A stretch of 63,946 bases of DNA, the filler included, from Acetivibrio sp. (GTDB lineage: Bacteria; Bacillota; Clostridia; Acetivibrionales; Acetivibrionaceae): assembly GCF_035371925.1 (NCBI RefSeq). It is 4 parts of 4 records of this genome, joined end to end, with 100 filler letters (N's around TTAATTAATTAA, not from the genome) between each part and the next. Parts side by side here need not be neighbours in the genome. Positions count along the whole stretch, not along the records: positions 22,568 to 44,964 come from NZ_DAORXT010000047.1; positions 45,065 to 62,186 come from NZ_DAORXT010000059.1; 2 more parts are not named here. One strand, written 5' to 3'. The notes below the pieces were generated by a model that ran no database searches, was not told the DNA's origin, and saw only the letters and a list, made by a program, of their open reading frames with translations. The translations under genes and the position numbers were made by a program. Shown one piece after another: positions 37,789 through 48,220 of the stretch. Each line of letters opens with the position of its first letter. The first letter of the stretch is position 1.

Positions 37789-39223
37789 CTATATCATAAA
37801 CCTCCTCTTCATCGGGATCAACCGGACGTGTGAGGAATTCAAATTTGCTTTTCTTAATTCCCGACTTCATCATTCTGTCAATGAGCTCTTCCGATATACA
37901 ACCTACCCTCTTGTGCTTGCCTATTATTGCTCTGACTTCTCCTGTAGCGGGATCCTCGTCAACATCTTCAGGAATAAATCTATATATCCGGTTAATAATA
38001 GGCTTCAAGCCTTCAGAACCTTTTACTTCGGAAATCGATGTAACTTTACGGGTTCCGTCGGCAAGCTTTTCCTGGAATATGACAAACTTAACGGCTGTAC
38101 ATATATTTCTCAATGCCAATTCAGCAGGCTCTTTTGATTTTATAAGATAAGCCGTCAGGAATCTGTAAATAGCCTCCTTATCGCCTTCTGCATGCAGGGT
38201 TGTGAAGAAATAGTGACCGGTTTGTGCGGCACGCAGAGCGGTTTCAAATTCTCCAGGAGAACGAAGCTCACCCGGACCAATCCAGTGAGGAGACTGCCTC
38301 ATGGAATTTATCAATAAGTTTTCCATTGTTGCAGGGCTGCTGTCATCATCATCGGGAACACACTCATACTGAAGCACGTCATTTATAACCCTTTCATTCG
38401 GGTCATCGTTTTTGTATCTCAAAAGCCTGTACTCTGCCGGATTTTCAATTGTTATAATACGGCAAAGCGGATCAATCTGCTTTATCAAAACTTCATTTAA
38501 TGTAGTTTTTCCGCTTCCGGTAGGCCCCGCTGTCATCCAGGAAAGATTGGCCTTCGGTATTAACGATAGAAGTTTGAACATGTTCACCGAAAAAGACTTC
38601 TCTTTTATCATCTCCTGCGGAGTCAGAGTATACTTTTTAAACTTTCTTACCAAAAATGCCGGATTGCCGTAAGGTGAAATATCCGCATGGGTAGCATTAA
38701 CCCTGTAACCTTCTATGGTACGCGCATTAACCATTGGTGTTCTGGGGGTCAGCCTCACCTTGGATACTCCGATAAGTTTTGCAATTATTCTTTCCATGTG
38801 CTCCCTGTCGGTAAAGCAATTCTCCCAAATCTCGGTCTTACCTTTTTTTTCTACAAATATCTGCTGCGGTCCATTGGCCCTAATCTCATCTATCAAAGGG
38901 TCCTCCATTGCATCAGTTATTGGACCGTATTGTGTGATTTCATCGATAAGAGCGTTTCTTAACGCCGAAAGCTCTTCATATCCTTCAACTTCAGGTTTCT
39001 GGGTTTCAACATAGTCAATTATGTATCTTTCAGTCATTTCCCTTTTTTTGGCAGGGTCTTCAATCCTTCTGTTGAAATTAGTTGCCACATTGCTTATATA
39101 TTGTTGGCACTGTTTTAGACACTCCTCAAAGGTCATTGATGTCAGTTTACTGCTTGCAGTATTGGATCTATGTATATATTTTGCTTTCTTTTGAAGCTCA
39201 CTTACAGTACTTCTCGATAACAT
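37778..39223 (-). CDS. cpaF: CpaF/TadA pilus assembly ATPase
   Basis: EIRANG, RVNA, LVRKF, GPTGSGKTT, IENPAE, GELRS, TTLHA. Confidence 0.93.
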   Translation of the reverse strand: MLSRSTVSELQKKAKYIHRSNTASSKLTSMTFEECLKQCQQYISNVATNFNRRIEDPAKKREMTERYIIDYVETQKPEVEGYEELSALRNALIDEITQYGPITDAMEDPLIDEIRANGPQQIFVEKKGKTEIWENCFTDREHMERIIAKLIGVSKVRLTPRTPMVNARTIEGYRVNATHADISPYGNPAFLVRKFKKYTLTPQEMIKEKSFSVNMFKLLSLIPKANLSWMTAGPTGSGKTTLNEVLIKQIDPLCRIITIENPAEYRLLRYKNDDPNERVINDVLQYECVPDDDDSSPATMENLLINSMRQSPHWIGPGELRSPGEFETALRAAQTGHYFFTTLHAEGDKEAIYRFLTAYLIKSKEPAELALRNICTAVKFVIFQEKLADGTRKVTSISEVKGSEGLKPIINRIYRFIPEDVDEDPATGEVRAIIGKHKRVGCISEELIDRMMKSGIKKSKFEFLTRPVDPDEEEVYDIDAI

Positions 39224-39244
39224 TACAATCCCCCCAAAAAACCT

Positions 39245-40081
39245 TTAATGTTTCGTCAGCAAATTAACCAATGAATTCATGGATTCTTTGTATTTTTTAT
39301 TGATTATCAAGCTGTCGGCAATATATACTCTTCCCTCAAGAGAAAGGTCAATGGCTCCCGACACAAACGGAAATTCGGCAATAAGCTTCATTTTCATATC
39401 CTCAATTATTGATTTGTCATACTTAATGCCATACAAATTATTTAAAATAACATTCATAAGCTTTGATACACCAATCCCCAAAGAGCCGATAAACTCCAGG
39501 AGCCTGCTGGTATTCTGAGGGCAATCAATCCTCTCTCCCCATATAAAGAATCCCACATTGCAATTCTTTAGGGATGAAACGCAAAACTCCAATGGCGGAA
39601 TATTGGGTATATCTATAAGTACAAAATCAAAAGTATCCTTAAGAGCTGCTATTACACGGTCCACATCATCCATTTGAAAATCAAAATAGTCCTCCATAGG
39701 GTCAGAAGGACTCGGAGACAATAGATACAAGTTTTTATATTTAGTCTCATTTATCACATCTCTTAAATCAACCTTGTCACTTCTGCAAATCCTTATAAGC
39801 CCTTTTCCCGCCTCGTTTGCTTCACAATCAAGCAGCTTGTATATATTCGGATAGAAAACCTTGGCGTCTAAAATACATGTATTAAAACCCCTTTGGGCGA
39901 TTGCCACCGCAAGATTGACAAGCAAAATGGAAGAATCCGAGCAATCCGAAGCAGGAATAAACCCTATAACATTATCAATAGCTTTATTCGTTTCCAGCTC
40001 GTTGTATATTTTATCTCTCGGGGACAACTTCCCGAGAAGAGATTTTAGCTCTATTCCTTCGCTTCGTTCTCTATTATCCAT
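39245..40081 (-). CDS. ParA/MinD/CpaE-like protein with degenerate P-loop
   Basis: VIGF..., LVNLA.AIA..G...CILD, DFVLID.P; Walker A replaced by PASDCSDSS. Confidence 0.7.
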   Translation of the reverse strand: MDNRERSEGIELKSLLGKLSPRDKIYNELETNKAIDNVIGFIPASDCSDSSILLVNLAVAIAQRGFNTCILDAKVFYPNIYKLLDCEANEAGKGLIRICRSDKVDLRDVINETKYKNLYLLSPSPSDPMEDYFDFQMDDVDRVIAALKDTFDFVLIDIPNIPPLEFCVSSLKNCNVGFFIWGERIDCPQNTSRLLEFIGSLGIGVSKLMNVILNNLYGIKYDKSIIEDMKMKLIAEFPFVSGAIDLSLEGRVYIADSLIINKKYKESMNSLVNLLTKH

Positions 40082-40962
40082 GACTCTACCTCCTTTTCAA
40101 TTACAGGAAGCTGGTCTAAAACCTCGTCATTTCCGTTTCTTGTTAAAATTGTGAAGGTAAATACGGCATCCTGTTGAGACTTAAATTTTGTATATTTATT
40201 TACCTGTTCTTTCGTAGCTGCCAGAAGCAATGATTCTGCTTTAATGCTTTGCAAAAACTCACGGCTTTTCATTACTTCCTGTCTTTCTTTTTCACTTAAT
40301 TTGAAAACTTCTTTTAAAACATCATATATAGAACGTCCCGAAGAGTTGATAAGGTCCTTTACACGAATACTGTCGAATAATACTTCAGTCTTCCTTTCCT
40401 TCTTCGAACTGCTGTACATCATACCTTCCATAGCCGGCGGTACCGAAACTTCCTCAGTATATGTAACCCTGACTCTTACCAAATCTCCCGGGCGCAGTAT
40501 ACCTCCACCGCACTCAAGATAATCATATTTTACGGTAAGAACTTCATATTCATCTTCCAACTCATACAGCCATTCATTATCACGCGGTTTTTCATCCGTG
40601 AGCTGGTCAAAATAAATAGGGTCACCGTTTCTCAAGTAGTACAGGCTGTACTTGTTAAGAATGCTGTCCACTTTATCGTAAGTAATCATATCATCCTTAA
40701 ATTCTTTTTTGATAATAGAGTATTTTCCGACATTGTCCTTTGTAATAAGAGTGTTGGCACTTATGCCGCCTGAAGACTTAACAACAACAATATCAACAGT
40801 ATCTTTTGCAGAATCATTTAAACTGTTTAAATAAACAAATGAACCTATAATGACTGCAACACTCACAAATATGGCCAGCAATTTTTTCGGAAGCTGATTG
40901 CCGGGCTTAATACTTTTTATACTGTTAATATCCATAATTTTACCCCCTATTAAATACTGCAT
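40051..40962 (-). CDS. cpaB: CpaB/RcpC-like SAF-domain protein
   Basis: N-terminal TM, SAF region (ISANTLIT), GGILRPGDLVRV. Confidence 0.7.
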   Translation of the reverse strand: MQYLIGGKIMDINSIKSIKPGNQLPKKLLAIFVSVAVIIGSFVYLNSLNDSAKDTVDIVVVKSSGGISANTLITKDNVGKYSIIKKEFKDDMITYDKVDSILNKYSLYYLRNGDPIYFDQLTDEKPRDNEWLYELEDEYEVLTVKYDYLECGGGILRPGDLVRVRVTYTEEVSVPPAMEGMMYSSSKKERKTEVLFDSIRVKDLINSSGRSIYDVLKEVFKLSEKERQEVMKSREFLQSIKAESLLLAATKEQVNKYTKFKSQQDAVFTFTILTRNGNDEVLDQLPVIEKEVESWIIENEAKE

Positions 40963-41108
40963 AGATATTTTCGATTTGCCTTATGCAAACAGGCTCTTTT
41001 TCTCTATGTAATGACATAATATAACAGTTTTCATGCCCCATAATATAGATTATACTAACTATAGAAATCCTTTTCAATATAAATAAATAACTTTTATGTA
41101 ATACAGTT

Positions 41109-42512
41109 TTACAGCAAATTCTTAAGTATCGTAAAATAATGGTTTTTATAAACTTTATTTACCGAAGCAATTTTTTGTCCCGAGTCAATTTGAAGGTCAA
41201 ACTCTCTTGAATACGGAACAATTCCGGCCGGATTCAAATCATTGTCATATCCTCCTAGTTCACATATAATTTTACATGTCAACTCGGGAGTAAAAGTCTT
41301 TCCGTTATGTCTGTTTGCTTCATTGTATTTTGTCAACACCGGTCTAGACTTCACGTTGAACAAAACCAGGTCTTCTTTGACAAAAAGATCTTCCACAGTT
41401 CTTACGGTGCTTATTGCCGAATAAAGATTGTTGTTTACGCACAAAGCTATGCTGTCTATCTGGGTTAACAGCTCTGAATACTTGCTTAGGGAGTTTATCG
41501 GCATATCAATTAAAACTACATTGAATCTAAGCCTTAAAAAATTTATAAAAGCCGATAGCTTTTTAATGTCAATTATCTCCAAAAGCTTGTCTTTAGAGGA
41601 TATTGAATAGGCCAAAGTCGTAACAAACAAATTGTCATTGATTCTACACGAATTAATATCATAAGAATCCGGTTTTATCATACACCTAACCAGTGAATAG
41701 GACAAATCGGGGTTATACTCAACTTCATCTCCAAACTTTGAGAAATATAAATTTATGCCCCTATATTCAATATCCATATCTACCACAATTGTAGAAAGCC
41801 CTTGGGAACTTGACTCAATGGCTAAATTTGCCACTGTACTTGTGGCACCGGCACCTCTGCAGCCCGTAACTACAATTACCTTTCTGAAATCCTTCGATAC
41901 AAGAGAGATTTTTTGCTTGTGCTGCGTCCCACTACTGATTATTGTACTGCTTGCCCCATCACTTTCAACGCCATTCTCATTTGCGTTAGGCTTTGAAAAG
42001 ATTCTTCCGAATATGGATTTCGACTTTCCGGATAATGTTTGAGTCAATTTATTCTCAGAAGTTTTGGTCGAATCATCCAATGCCCGGCTTTCTGTCTGCT
42101 GAGGCTTTGGAGGTTTTGGATTTCGGTTCTTCAAACAAACTTCCTGAATATATGATATCGGTATCCTCACATTGTCAACAAAAAAAACTTCAAACCTGCC
42201 ATCCCCCGATACCGCATTATTATATTCATTAAGATAAGCAGGATCCTTTGTAATAAACTTTAGTGTAACATAGGGATATGTGCTGTTCATTAATTCTTTC
42301 AAAGTGTTTAAAGTATCCGTAAAACTTTCGGTACTTTCAACAATACCGGCATCCATCAGCAATATGCTGTCAAAATCCAGGCTGTTTCTTATTAAGTTAT
42401 TAAGAGCTTCATCAAAATTATTGTCAATATGTACTACTTCGATATCCCTGTTTTCTTCCAATGCTTTCTTAAGCATTTCACTTTTTGAACCTGCAACAAG
42501 GTATAACTTCAT
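41109..42512 (-). CDS. TadZ/CpaE-like protein: receiver-like N-terminus + deviant ATPase
   Basis: VIVVTGCRGAGATSTVANLA, VVDMD, VVLIDMP. Confidence 0.7.
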   Translation of the reverse strand: MKLYLVAGSKSEMLKKALEENRDIEVVHIDNNFDEALNNLIRNSLDFDSILLMDAGIVESTESFTDTLNTLKELMNSTYPYVTLKFITKDPAYLNEYNNAVSGDGRFEVFFVDNVRIPISYIQEVCLKNRNPKPPKPQQTESRALDDSTKTSENKLTQTLSGKSKSIFGRIFSKPNANENGVESDGASSTIISSGTQHKQKISLVSKDFRKVIVVTGCRGAGATSTVANLAIESSSQGLSTIVVDMDIEYRGINLYFSKFGDEVEYNPDLSYSLVRCMIKPDSYDINSCRINDNLFVTTLAYSISSKDKLLEIIDIKKLSAFINFLRLRFNVVLIDMPINSLSKYSELLTQIDSIALCVNNNLYSAISTVRTVEDLFVKEDLVLFNVKSRPVLTKYNEANRHNGKTFTPELTCKIICELGGYDNDLNPAGIVPYSREFDLQIDSGQKIASVNKVYKNHYFTILKNLL

Positions 42513-42606
42513 TGCAAATCACCCTTCACAACAATATTTCATTTTTCACATATCCTTTAAGGCAAAAACCGGCCCTTATCCAGTAATGAGGAAATATAAT
42601 GAAAAA

Positions 42607-42635
42607 AGTATATCACGATAATTACTCTATTTCAA
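42607..42635 (-). promoter_or_regulatory. Sigma-A promoter for the Tad operon
   Basis: Minus strand TTGAAA-17 bp-TATACT with extended TG. Confidence 0.65.
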
Positions 42636-42656
42636 TTCTCAATAATCATAAATTAA

Positions 42657-42693
42657 TAAAAAGAGCCGTCCAATTTTTCAGGACGGCCCTTAT
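42657..42693 (-). terminator. Intrinsic terminator after the GH9 gene
   Basis: GCCGTCC / GGACGGC stem followed by T tract on the minus strand. Confidence 0.8.
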
Positions 42694-42717
42694 CTTAAGA
42701 AAATCTCAAATAGCAAA

Positions 42718-44844
42718 CTATTCTACAGGAAATTTATCTATTACGCGAAGCAGATATCTGTTCAGCAATGTAATATCGCTGGAGTTTATCTTGCCATCAC
42801 CGTTCAGATCTGCAGCCTTTAATTTAGTAGGATCAGTAATTACAGCAAACTTAATAACATGTCTTTTCAATATTGTATAGTCTGTTGAATTGATTAAATT
42901 GTCACCGTTTAAGTCTCCATATTTATATTGAACAGGAGTTGGACCTGGAGTCGGGTCAACGCCACCGGGAACTTCTCCAAAGATTCTTGTTGATCCGTCA
43001 AAAACAGGCATGTATTTTGTTTTCACTACCTCTTTTGTAAGTCCTTGGAATGAGAAGTCGTTTGACGGATCCCAGAATTTTGTACCCTGAGGCGCTGAAA
43101 TACGGAACTGAAGCTCGGCAGCATACTGCTCCTGTCCTATCGGACAAATGTTGGTTCCGTCAACATATGCAATATTTATGTAGTAAATATTATCATACAA
43201 ATGGGTAATAGGTGAAATTTTCACATCCATACCGCTTTCACAATAACCTACCGTTACTTTAATATCATCCACAGTATAACCTGCTTCAAAAACTTCAGAT
43301 AAATCCATATAGTAGTTGTATGAAAGGTCCTTGATAAGTCTTGCCGGCCAAGATGAACGGTTGTTGAGCAATGCTTTTATTTCGGTATAATGCTCTCCGT
43401 TTTGGTTTATAGCTGCCTCTACAAAAAACTCATCTTCTCTTTCTTCCGGCGTCGGGAAGTTTGCCAAAGGAGTTCCGCCATATTCAGCAGTCAATCTGCA
43501 GAGTGCACCTACAAAACCGGCATTATAGTCCGTTGCAACCTCATTTTGTACATAATCTTCTATATTATCTTCGTAGTTGTCGCTTCTTCCGGGACCTCCA
43601 ACTAAAGCTCCGTAAAGTACATGTCTGTGTTTGGCCGGAATATCCCTCTTATCCAGCCATGTTCCGTGAGCGGTTCTGTGGTGAGGACGCTCCGGCGGAT
43701 TGTTTCCGAATCCTATTACATAACTTCTCTTGTTTGGGTTTGAACCCAATGCATAATCAACCTGACTCTTTGCAAAATTATAATATTTTTGCTTAAGAGC
43801 CGGGTCATTTATTGAATCTGCATATACAAAAGCCAGGAATGCAGCAGTTGTGGCATATCTCAACGGACCCCAAGTGTCAAGATGTGCAAGCCCTCCCGGA
43901 GTATATGCAACACTCTTGCCGTTATAACCTTGAGGTGTCCACCAGTCAAGGTGCATCTGCACAAATTTGTGATACTCTTCTTTGCCGGTAGCTCTTGCAA
44001 GCAAAATCATTGCTCCATAGTGACAGTCATCCCAGCAATGTCCCCATTGATATTCAATATCTGTAGTCTGATTCTGACGATTTAACTTTGGAATATATGA
44101 TTCGGCTTTATCAAGATAAGATTTATCATTTGTTGCAAGGTAAAGCCATGTGGAAGCCCAGAAAAGTTCATCCCAGAATCCACTGTGTGAAGAATAAAAA
44201 CCGTTTGCTGCAGTATAAGTACTGTCGCTCCTTGTTGTGTCTGCAAGCTCGAAATATTTCTTTGCATATTTGAGGTATGTATCGTTTTTAAGGACTATAG
44301 AACCTACAGCCAAAGCTGCAGCCATCTGGCCTACAACGGTAGATCCCTTTCCTACAAAGTAAGGTCTTTCCATTTCTTTTTCAATAACTTCTGCAGAACC
44401 CCACCATTTATGGTCGGCAGCACCGTCACCTATCTGGTAAACAACGCTGTCTCCCCTGTCACAAGCTACCAGATAATCAAGGGCAAAGGCAAGGTTTCTT
44501 TCAAGGTACGGCCTTTGTCCCGATGCCTCAATATCATCACCGTACTCGTAAAGAGCCCAACCGAGCATTGCTGCAGAATAGGCCATGGGCAGGTTAAACT
44601 TGACATGGTCACCTGCGTCATACCATCCGCCAAGTACTTCATCATTCATTGTTGCGTCGCCGCGCCATTCAACACGGTTCCATTCCGGAAGCGGTCCTGC
44701 TTGCTGGCACTCGTAAAAGTAAATTGCTTTTTGTAGTGCTTCTGCGTAATTATAGGTTCCTGCTGCGGATACAATCATTCCTTGGGGAAGAATAAATGCC
44801 GTCAGCATAACCAAAGTTAGAACAAAGCATAATGTCTTTTTCAC
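42718..44844 (-). CDS. Cellulosomal endoglucanase GH9-CBM3c-dockerin I
   Basis: GGWYDAGDHVKF, PHHRTAH, EVATDYNAG, CBM3c, dockerin DLNGDNLINSTD / DLNGDGKINSSD. Confidence 0.95.
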   Translation of the reverse strand: MKKTLCFVLTLVMLTAFILPQGMIVSAAGTYNYAEALQKAIYFYECQQAGPLPEWNRVEWRGDATMNDEVLGGWYDAGDHVKFNLPMAYSAAMLGWALYEYGDDIEASGQRPYLERNLAFALDYLVACDRGDSVVYQIGDGAADHKWWGSAEVIEKEMERPYFVGKGSTVVGQMAAALAVGSIVLKNDTYLKYAKKYFELADTTRSDSTYTAANGFYSSHSGFWDELFWASTWLYLATNDKSYLDKAESYIPKLNRQNQTTDIEYQWGHCWDDCHYGAMILLARATGKEEYHKFVQMHLDWWTPQGYNGKSVAYTPGGLAHLDTWGPLRYATTAAFLAFVYADSINDPALKQKYYNFAKSQVDYALGSNPNKRSYVIGFGNNPPERPHHRTAHGTWLDKRDIPAKHRHVLYGALVGGPGRSDNYEDNIEDYVQNEVATDYNAGFVGALCRLTAEYGGTPLANFPTPEEREDEFFVEAAINQNGEHYTEIKALLNNRSSWPARLIKDLSYNYYMDLSEVFEAGYTVDDIKVTVGYCESGMDVKISPITHLYDNIYYINIAYVDGTNICPIGQEQYAAELQFRISAPQGTKFWDPSNDFSFQGLTKEVVKTKYMPVFDGSTRIFGEVPGGVDPTPGPTPVQYKYGDLNGDNLINSTDYTILKRHVIKFAVITDPTKLKAADLNGDGKINSSDITLLNRYLLRVIDKFPVE

Positions 44845-44964
44845 CTTAATTCCTCCTCTAAAATTAATATAATATTTTATATATTTTATTGACTCTATTT
44901 TATTAAAACCACCTCCTTAATAAATCTTCGCTTTTCTTTCATTTTCTCACTCATTCTTAGATTT

Positions 44965-45064
44965 NNNNNNNNNNNNNNNNNNNNNNNNNNNNNNNNNNNN
45001 NNNNNNNNTTAATTAATTAANNNNNNNNNNNNNNNNNNNNNNNNNNNNNNNNNNNNNNNNNNNN
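44965..45064. other. Artificial scaffold linker / assembly gap
   Basis: N44-TTAATTAATTAA-N44. Confidence 0.97.
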
Positions 45065-45107
45065 CTTTCTTATAATTAATTAATATTATTTAAGACTAGC
45101 CTTAATT

Positions 45108-45159
45108 TATATTAAATCCACCTTAAATTATCCTAGGCCTTAGGTGGGGATTTAATATA
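45108..45159 (-). terminator. Imperfect stem-loop after the ABC exporter
   Basis: TATATTAAATCCACCT / AGGTGGGGATTTAATATA. Confidence 0.55.
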
Positions 45160-45179
45160 CGCTACTAAAAAGATATACT

Positions 45180-46937
45180 CTACACAACCTGCCTTTCGTC
45201 TGAACTACATTTACTTACTGCTTCTCTATAACTGATATTATCTCTGTACAACTCATCATGACTGCCCCGGCCAACAATTTCACCTTTCTGAAGAACATAA
45301 ATCGTATCCATTATCTTTAATATTTCCGGCTTGTGAGTTATCACAATAACTGTTTTATCTGTGTAATTTTCTTTTATATATTCACATAATTCTATTTCCG
45401 ACTCTACATCATAATTCGAGGTTGCCTCATCCAATATGAGAATCTTTGAATCTCTTACAAGCCCTCTTGCCACTGCGACCTTTTGTTTTTCCCCGCCAGA
45501 AAGCTTCGAACCGTTTTCTCCAACAGAGTAATCATATTTTTCCGAAAGCCTGTCAATAAACTTATCAGCACCGCTTTCCTTTGCAGCCCTATGCACTTCC
45601 GAATCAGCTACAGGCAAAGAAAGATTTATATTTTCCTTTATTGTTGTATCAAAAAGGTAGACATCCTGACTCACAACGGAAATTAGACTCCTATAATCCT
45701 TTAAATTCAGATCTTCAATATTGACATCATCCAGCAAAATCCGTCCCGCATCAGGTTTGTAGAACCTTAGTATCAAGTTTATAATTGAACTTTTCCCCGA
45801 GCCATTTGAACCTATTATGGCAACTTTTTCACCACTATTTATTTCAAAATTAATATTTTTAAGAATGGTTTTATTTTTATCATAGCCAAATGAAACATTT
45901 TCAAATTTTATCTTCCCTTTAAGAGTCGATTTATCAATAGCTTGCCCTTTTTTTGCAAAGTCTTCACTCTTCATATCCATAAAATTGAACAGCCTTTTTG
46001 CAGACGGAATTATGCTTGCAAAGCTATATCCAATATTTAATATTGCGAAAATCGGCCCTGTAACATACGCGCTGTATGTTATGAAAGCAAACAATCCTCC
46101 TATTGTTAAGTCATCTTTGCAAACCATATATCCGCCAAGTATATAAATTGCATTAACAACAAACTCCATCATAAATGATTCGGAAAATTCATTAGCACTA
46201 TCCGTGATATTCATTTTGATATTGCTTTTGATTAGATTTCGTTGTTTTTTTATAAACTGACCGATTTTAACTCTGTCTAAACCCCAGAGCTTAACCTCCC
46301 TAATCCCTCCGATGGTATCGCCATACCAAGAATAATAACGGCCCATATCCTCAATATATTGCTCAAATATCTTATTTCTTTGCTTTGCCAACAACCGAAC
46401 AAACATATACCTGAAAGGAATTGAACAAACTACCAAAATCGTTAATCTCCAATTTATTATAAAAAGCCCTGTCAATCCGCCTATAACCCTGAAGAATTCT
46501 GTAAATATGTAAAAAGTAGTCCTGTCTGAAATTCTGCTAATATTAGAAACATCCGTGTTTATGTTGTTTATTATCTCAGCGGTATTTGAGTTGTTAAAAA
46601 ACTGAATCTCCTGTTTCAGTAAATGTTTAAAAGCATCTTTGGAAAGATTATAAGACATATGTGAATTAATATGGGTTCTAAATCCCGCCTCCAGCATATT
46701 TATTATCCTCTGTAGAATAATTAAAAAGATGCTTATAAGGGAAAACTTTAATATAATGTCAAAATTATTTTTCAACAAGCCGTCATCCATAATTTTTTTG
46801 CTTATTAGAGGGATTACCATGCTTATTGCCAAGGAAAACAGCATACATAGCAGAATAAAAACTATGTATTTAATGAATGGTTTAAATAAAGACAACATTT
46901 TCTTTCTAATTGACGGTTCAATCTCGAGTAGCTTCAT
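45180..46937 (-). CDS. ABC exporter, fused TMD-NBD (no C39 peptidase)
   Basis: Six TMs, GSNGSGKS, LSGGEKQK, ILDEATS, ITH. Confidence 0.93.
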   Translation of the reverse strand: MKLLEIEPSIRKKMLSLFKPFIKYIVFILLCMLFSLAISMVIPLISKKIMDDGLLKNNFDIILKFSLISIFLIILQRIINMLEAGFRTHINSHMSYNLSKDAFKHLLKQEIQFFNNSNTAEIINNINTDVSNISRISDRTTFYIFTEFFRVIGGLTGLFIINWRLTILVVCSIPFRYMFVRLLAKQRNKIFEQYIEDMGRYYSWYGDTIGGIREVKLWGLDRVKIGQFIKKQRNLIKSNIKMNITDSANEFSESFMMEFVVNAIYILGGYMVCKDDLTIGGLFAFITYSAYVTGPIFAILNIGYSFASIIPSAKRLFNFMDMKSEDFAKKGQAIDKSTLKGKIKFENVSFGYDKNKTILKNINFEINSGEKVAIIGSNGSGKSSIINLILRFYKPDAGRILLDDVNIEDLNLKDYRSLISVVSQDVYLFDTTIKENINLSLPVADSEVHRAAKESGADKFIDRLSEKYDYSVGENGSKLSGGEKQKVAVARGLVRDSKILILDEATSNYDVESEIELCEYIKENYTDKTVIVITHKPEILKIMDTIYVLQKGEIVGRGSHDELYRDNISYREAVSKCSSDERQVV

Positions 46938-47096
46938 TTATTGCTCCCCCACTGTATCTCATTAAATATCCCCTACTGAAAAAACATCACACATACTATT
47001 GCATTAATATAATTGAATGCATTACAAAACATGTTGAAAATAATGTTTGATTTAGAAATTATTTTAATAAATTGACTAGATTGTTATTACAGTACA

Positions 47097-47205
47097 ATTA
47101 TAGCTGGACTTGAAGTTATATGTAAAGTATCTTTTAGTCACTTTTCGACATCTTTTAGTCATATATTTTTGACCTTTTTGATGTTTTTTGACTGTCTTTT
47201 AGTCA
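47097..47205 (-). promoter_or_regulatory. Promoter (TTTACA-18-TATAAT) with upstream direct-repeat array
   Basis: TCTTTTAGTCA at 47130, 47151 and 47195 plus degenerate copies; -35 at 47121-47126, -10 at 47097-47102. Confidence 0.6.
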
Positions 47206-47566
47206 CGAAAATTTACCCTAAATGCCAAACATCATACTCTTAAAAGATTGGCCTATAATCATAACATATCACCATATGAAATATAATTTATGGTAAGGAT
47301 TATAGGCCGGTATCCCCGATATATTGTTGTTGGATTCGAATTGGAAACTAATTTTGAAAAGTCATTGAATCAGACACAATAAAAACTTCCACTTGTCTTT
47401 ATTATTTTAGTTTTGAACTGCTTCTTCTCGCAGAGCAATCATATTTTTCTAAAGATATATCAGCAAACTTATTCGCACCATTTCCTTTGCAGACATATAC
47501 GCTTGTGAATCATTGATGGGCAAAGAAAGATTTATTTTTTGCCTATTAGTTTGCAAAATCATTCAT

Positions 47567-48220
47567 TTAAACTAATCCATTTCTCATGGCATAGACGACC
47601 AATTGCACCCGTCCCCTTAAATTAAGCTTCTTAAGAAGTTGTGTTAAAATATTCTTAACACTTCCCTCCGATAAATGAAAATACGCTGCTATCTCTTTAT
47701 TGCTCAGTCCGTCTGCCAGTAGCTTAATGTACTCTTTTTCCCTGTCTGAAAGTTCAACATTACACTCCATCTCTTCTTTCCCAATGTCCAAGCCTTTTAT
47801 ATCAAGTTGCCTTAAAACGGAAGACATTAGGCCCTTTTGCATAACAGTTATTCCCGTATTCGCACACTTTATGGAGTTTATCAGTTCATATCCTTTTAAA
47901 TCTTTTGACAAATAGCCGTCAGCACCATATTTCAAAGCTTGAAACAAATAACTGCCATCATCATCGTTTATAGATGTTAGCATTAATATCTTAATTTTCT
48001 TATTCTCTTCCTTTATAAGTCTAAGTCCTTCTATACCGTCATAATCAGGCATAAAGACATCCATCAATACAATATCGGGCGTATATTTCCTGCACATTTC
48101 AAACGCTTCTTTACCATTCCGTGCGCATGCAACAACACTTATTTCTTTATCTTGCTCAAGCAATACCTTTAAAGAATCTCTAAATAGTTCATGATCATCT
48201 GCCAATAAAACCTCGATCAT
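47567..48220 (-). CDS. NarL/LuxR family response regulator (orphan)
   Basis: LADDH, DIVLMD, MLTS, GYLSK; HTH LSDRE...GLSNKEIA. Confidence 0.95.
   Translation of the reverse strand: MIEVLLADDHELFRDSLKVLLEQDKEISVVACARNGKEAFEMCRKYTPDIVLMDVFMPDYDGIEGLRLIKEENKKIKILMLTSINDDDGSYLFQALKYGADGYLSKDLKGYELINSIKCANTGITVMQKGLMSSVLRQLDIKGLDIGKEEMECNVELSDREKEYIKLLADGLSNKEIAAYFHLSEGSVKNILTQLLKKLNLRGRVQLVVYAMRNGLV

Noticed and set aside
42718..46937. Functional linkage of the GH9 cellulase with the ABC exporter, or of the GH30 gene with the R-M locus
   Set aside because: Each pair is separated by an artificial linker, so adjacency is unsupported.
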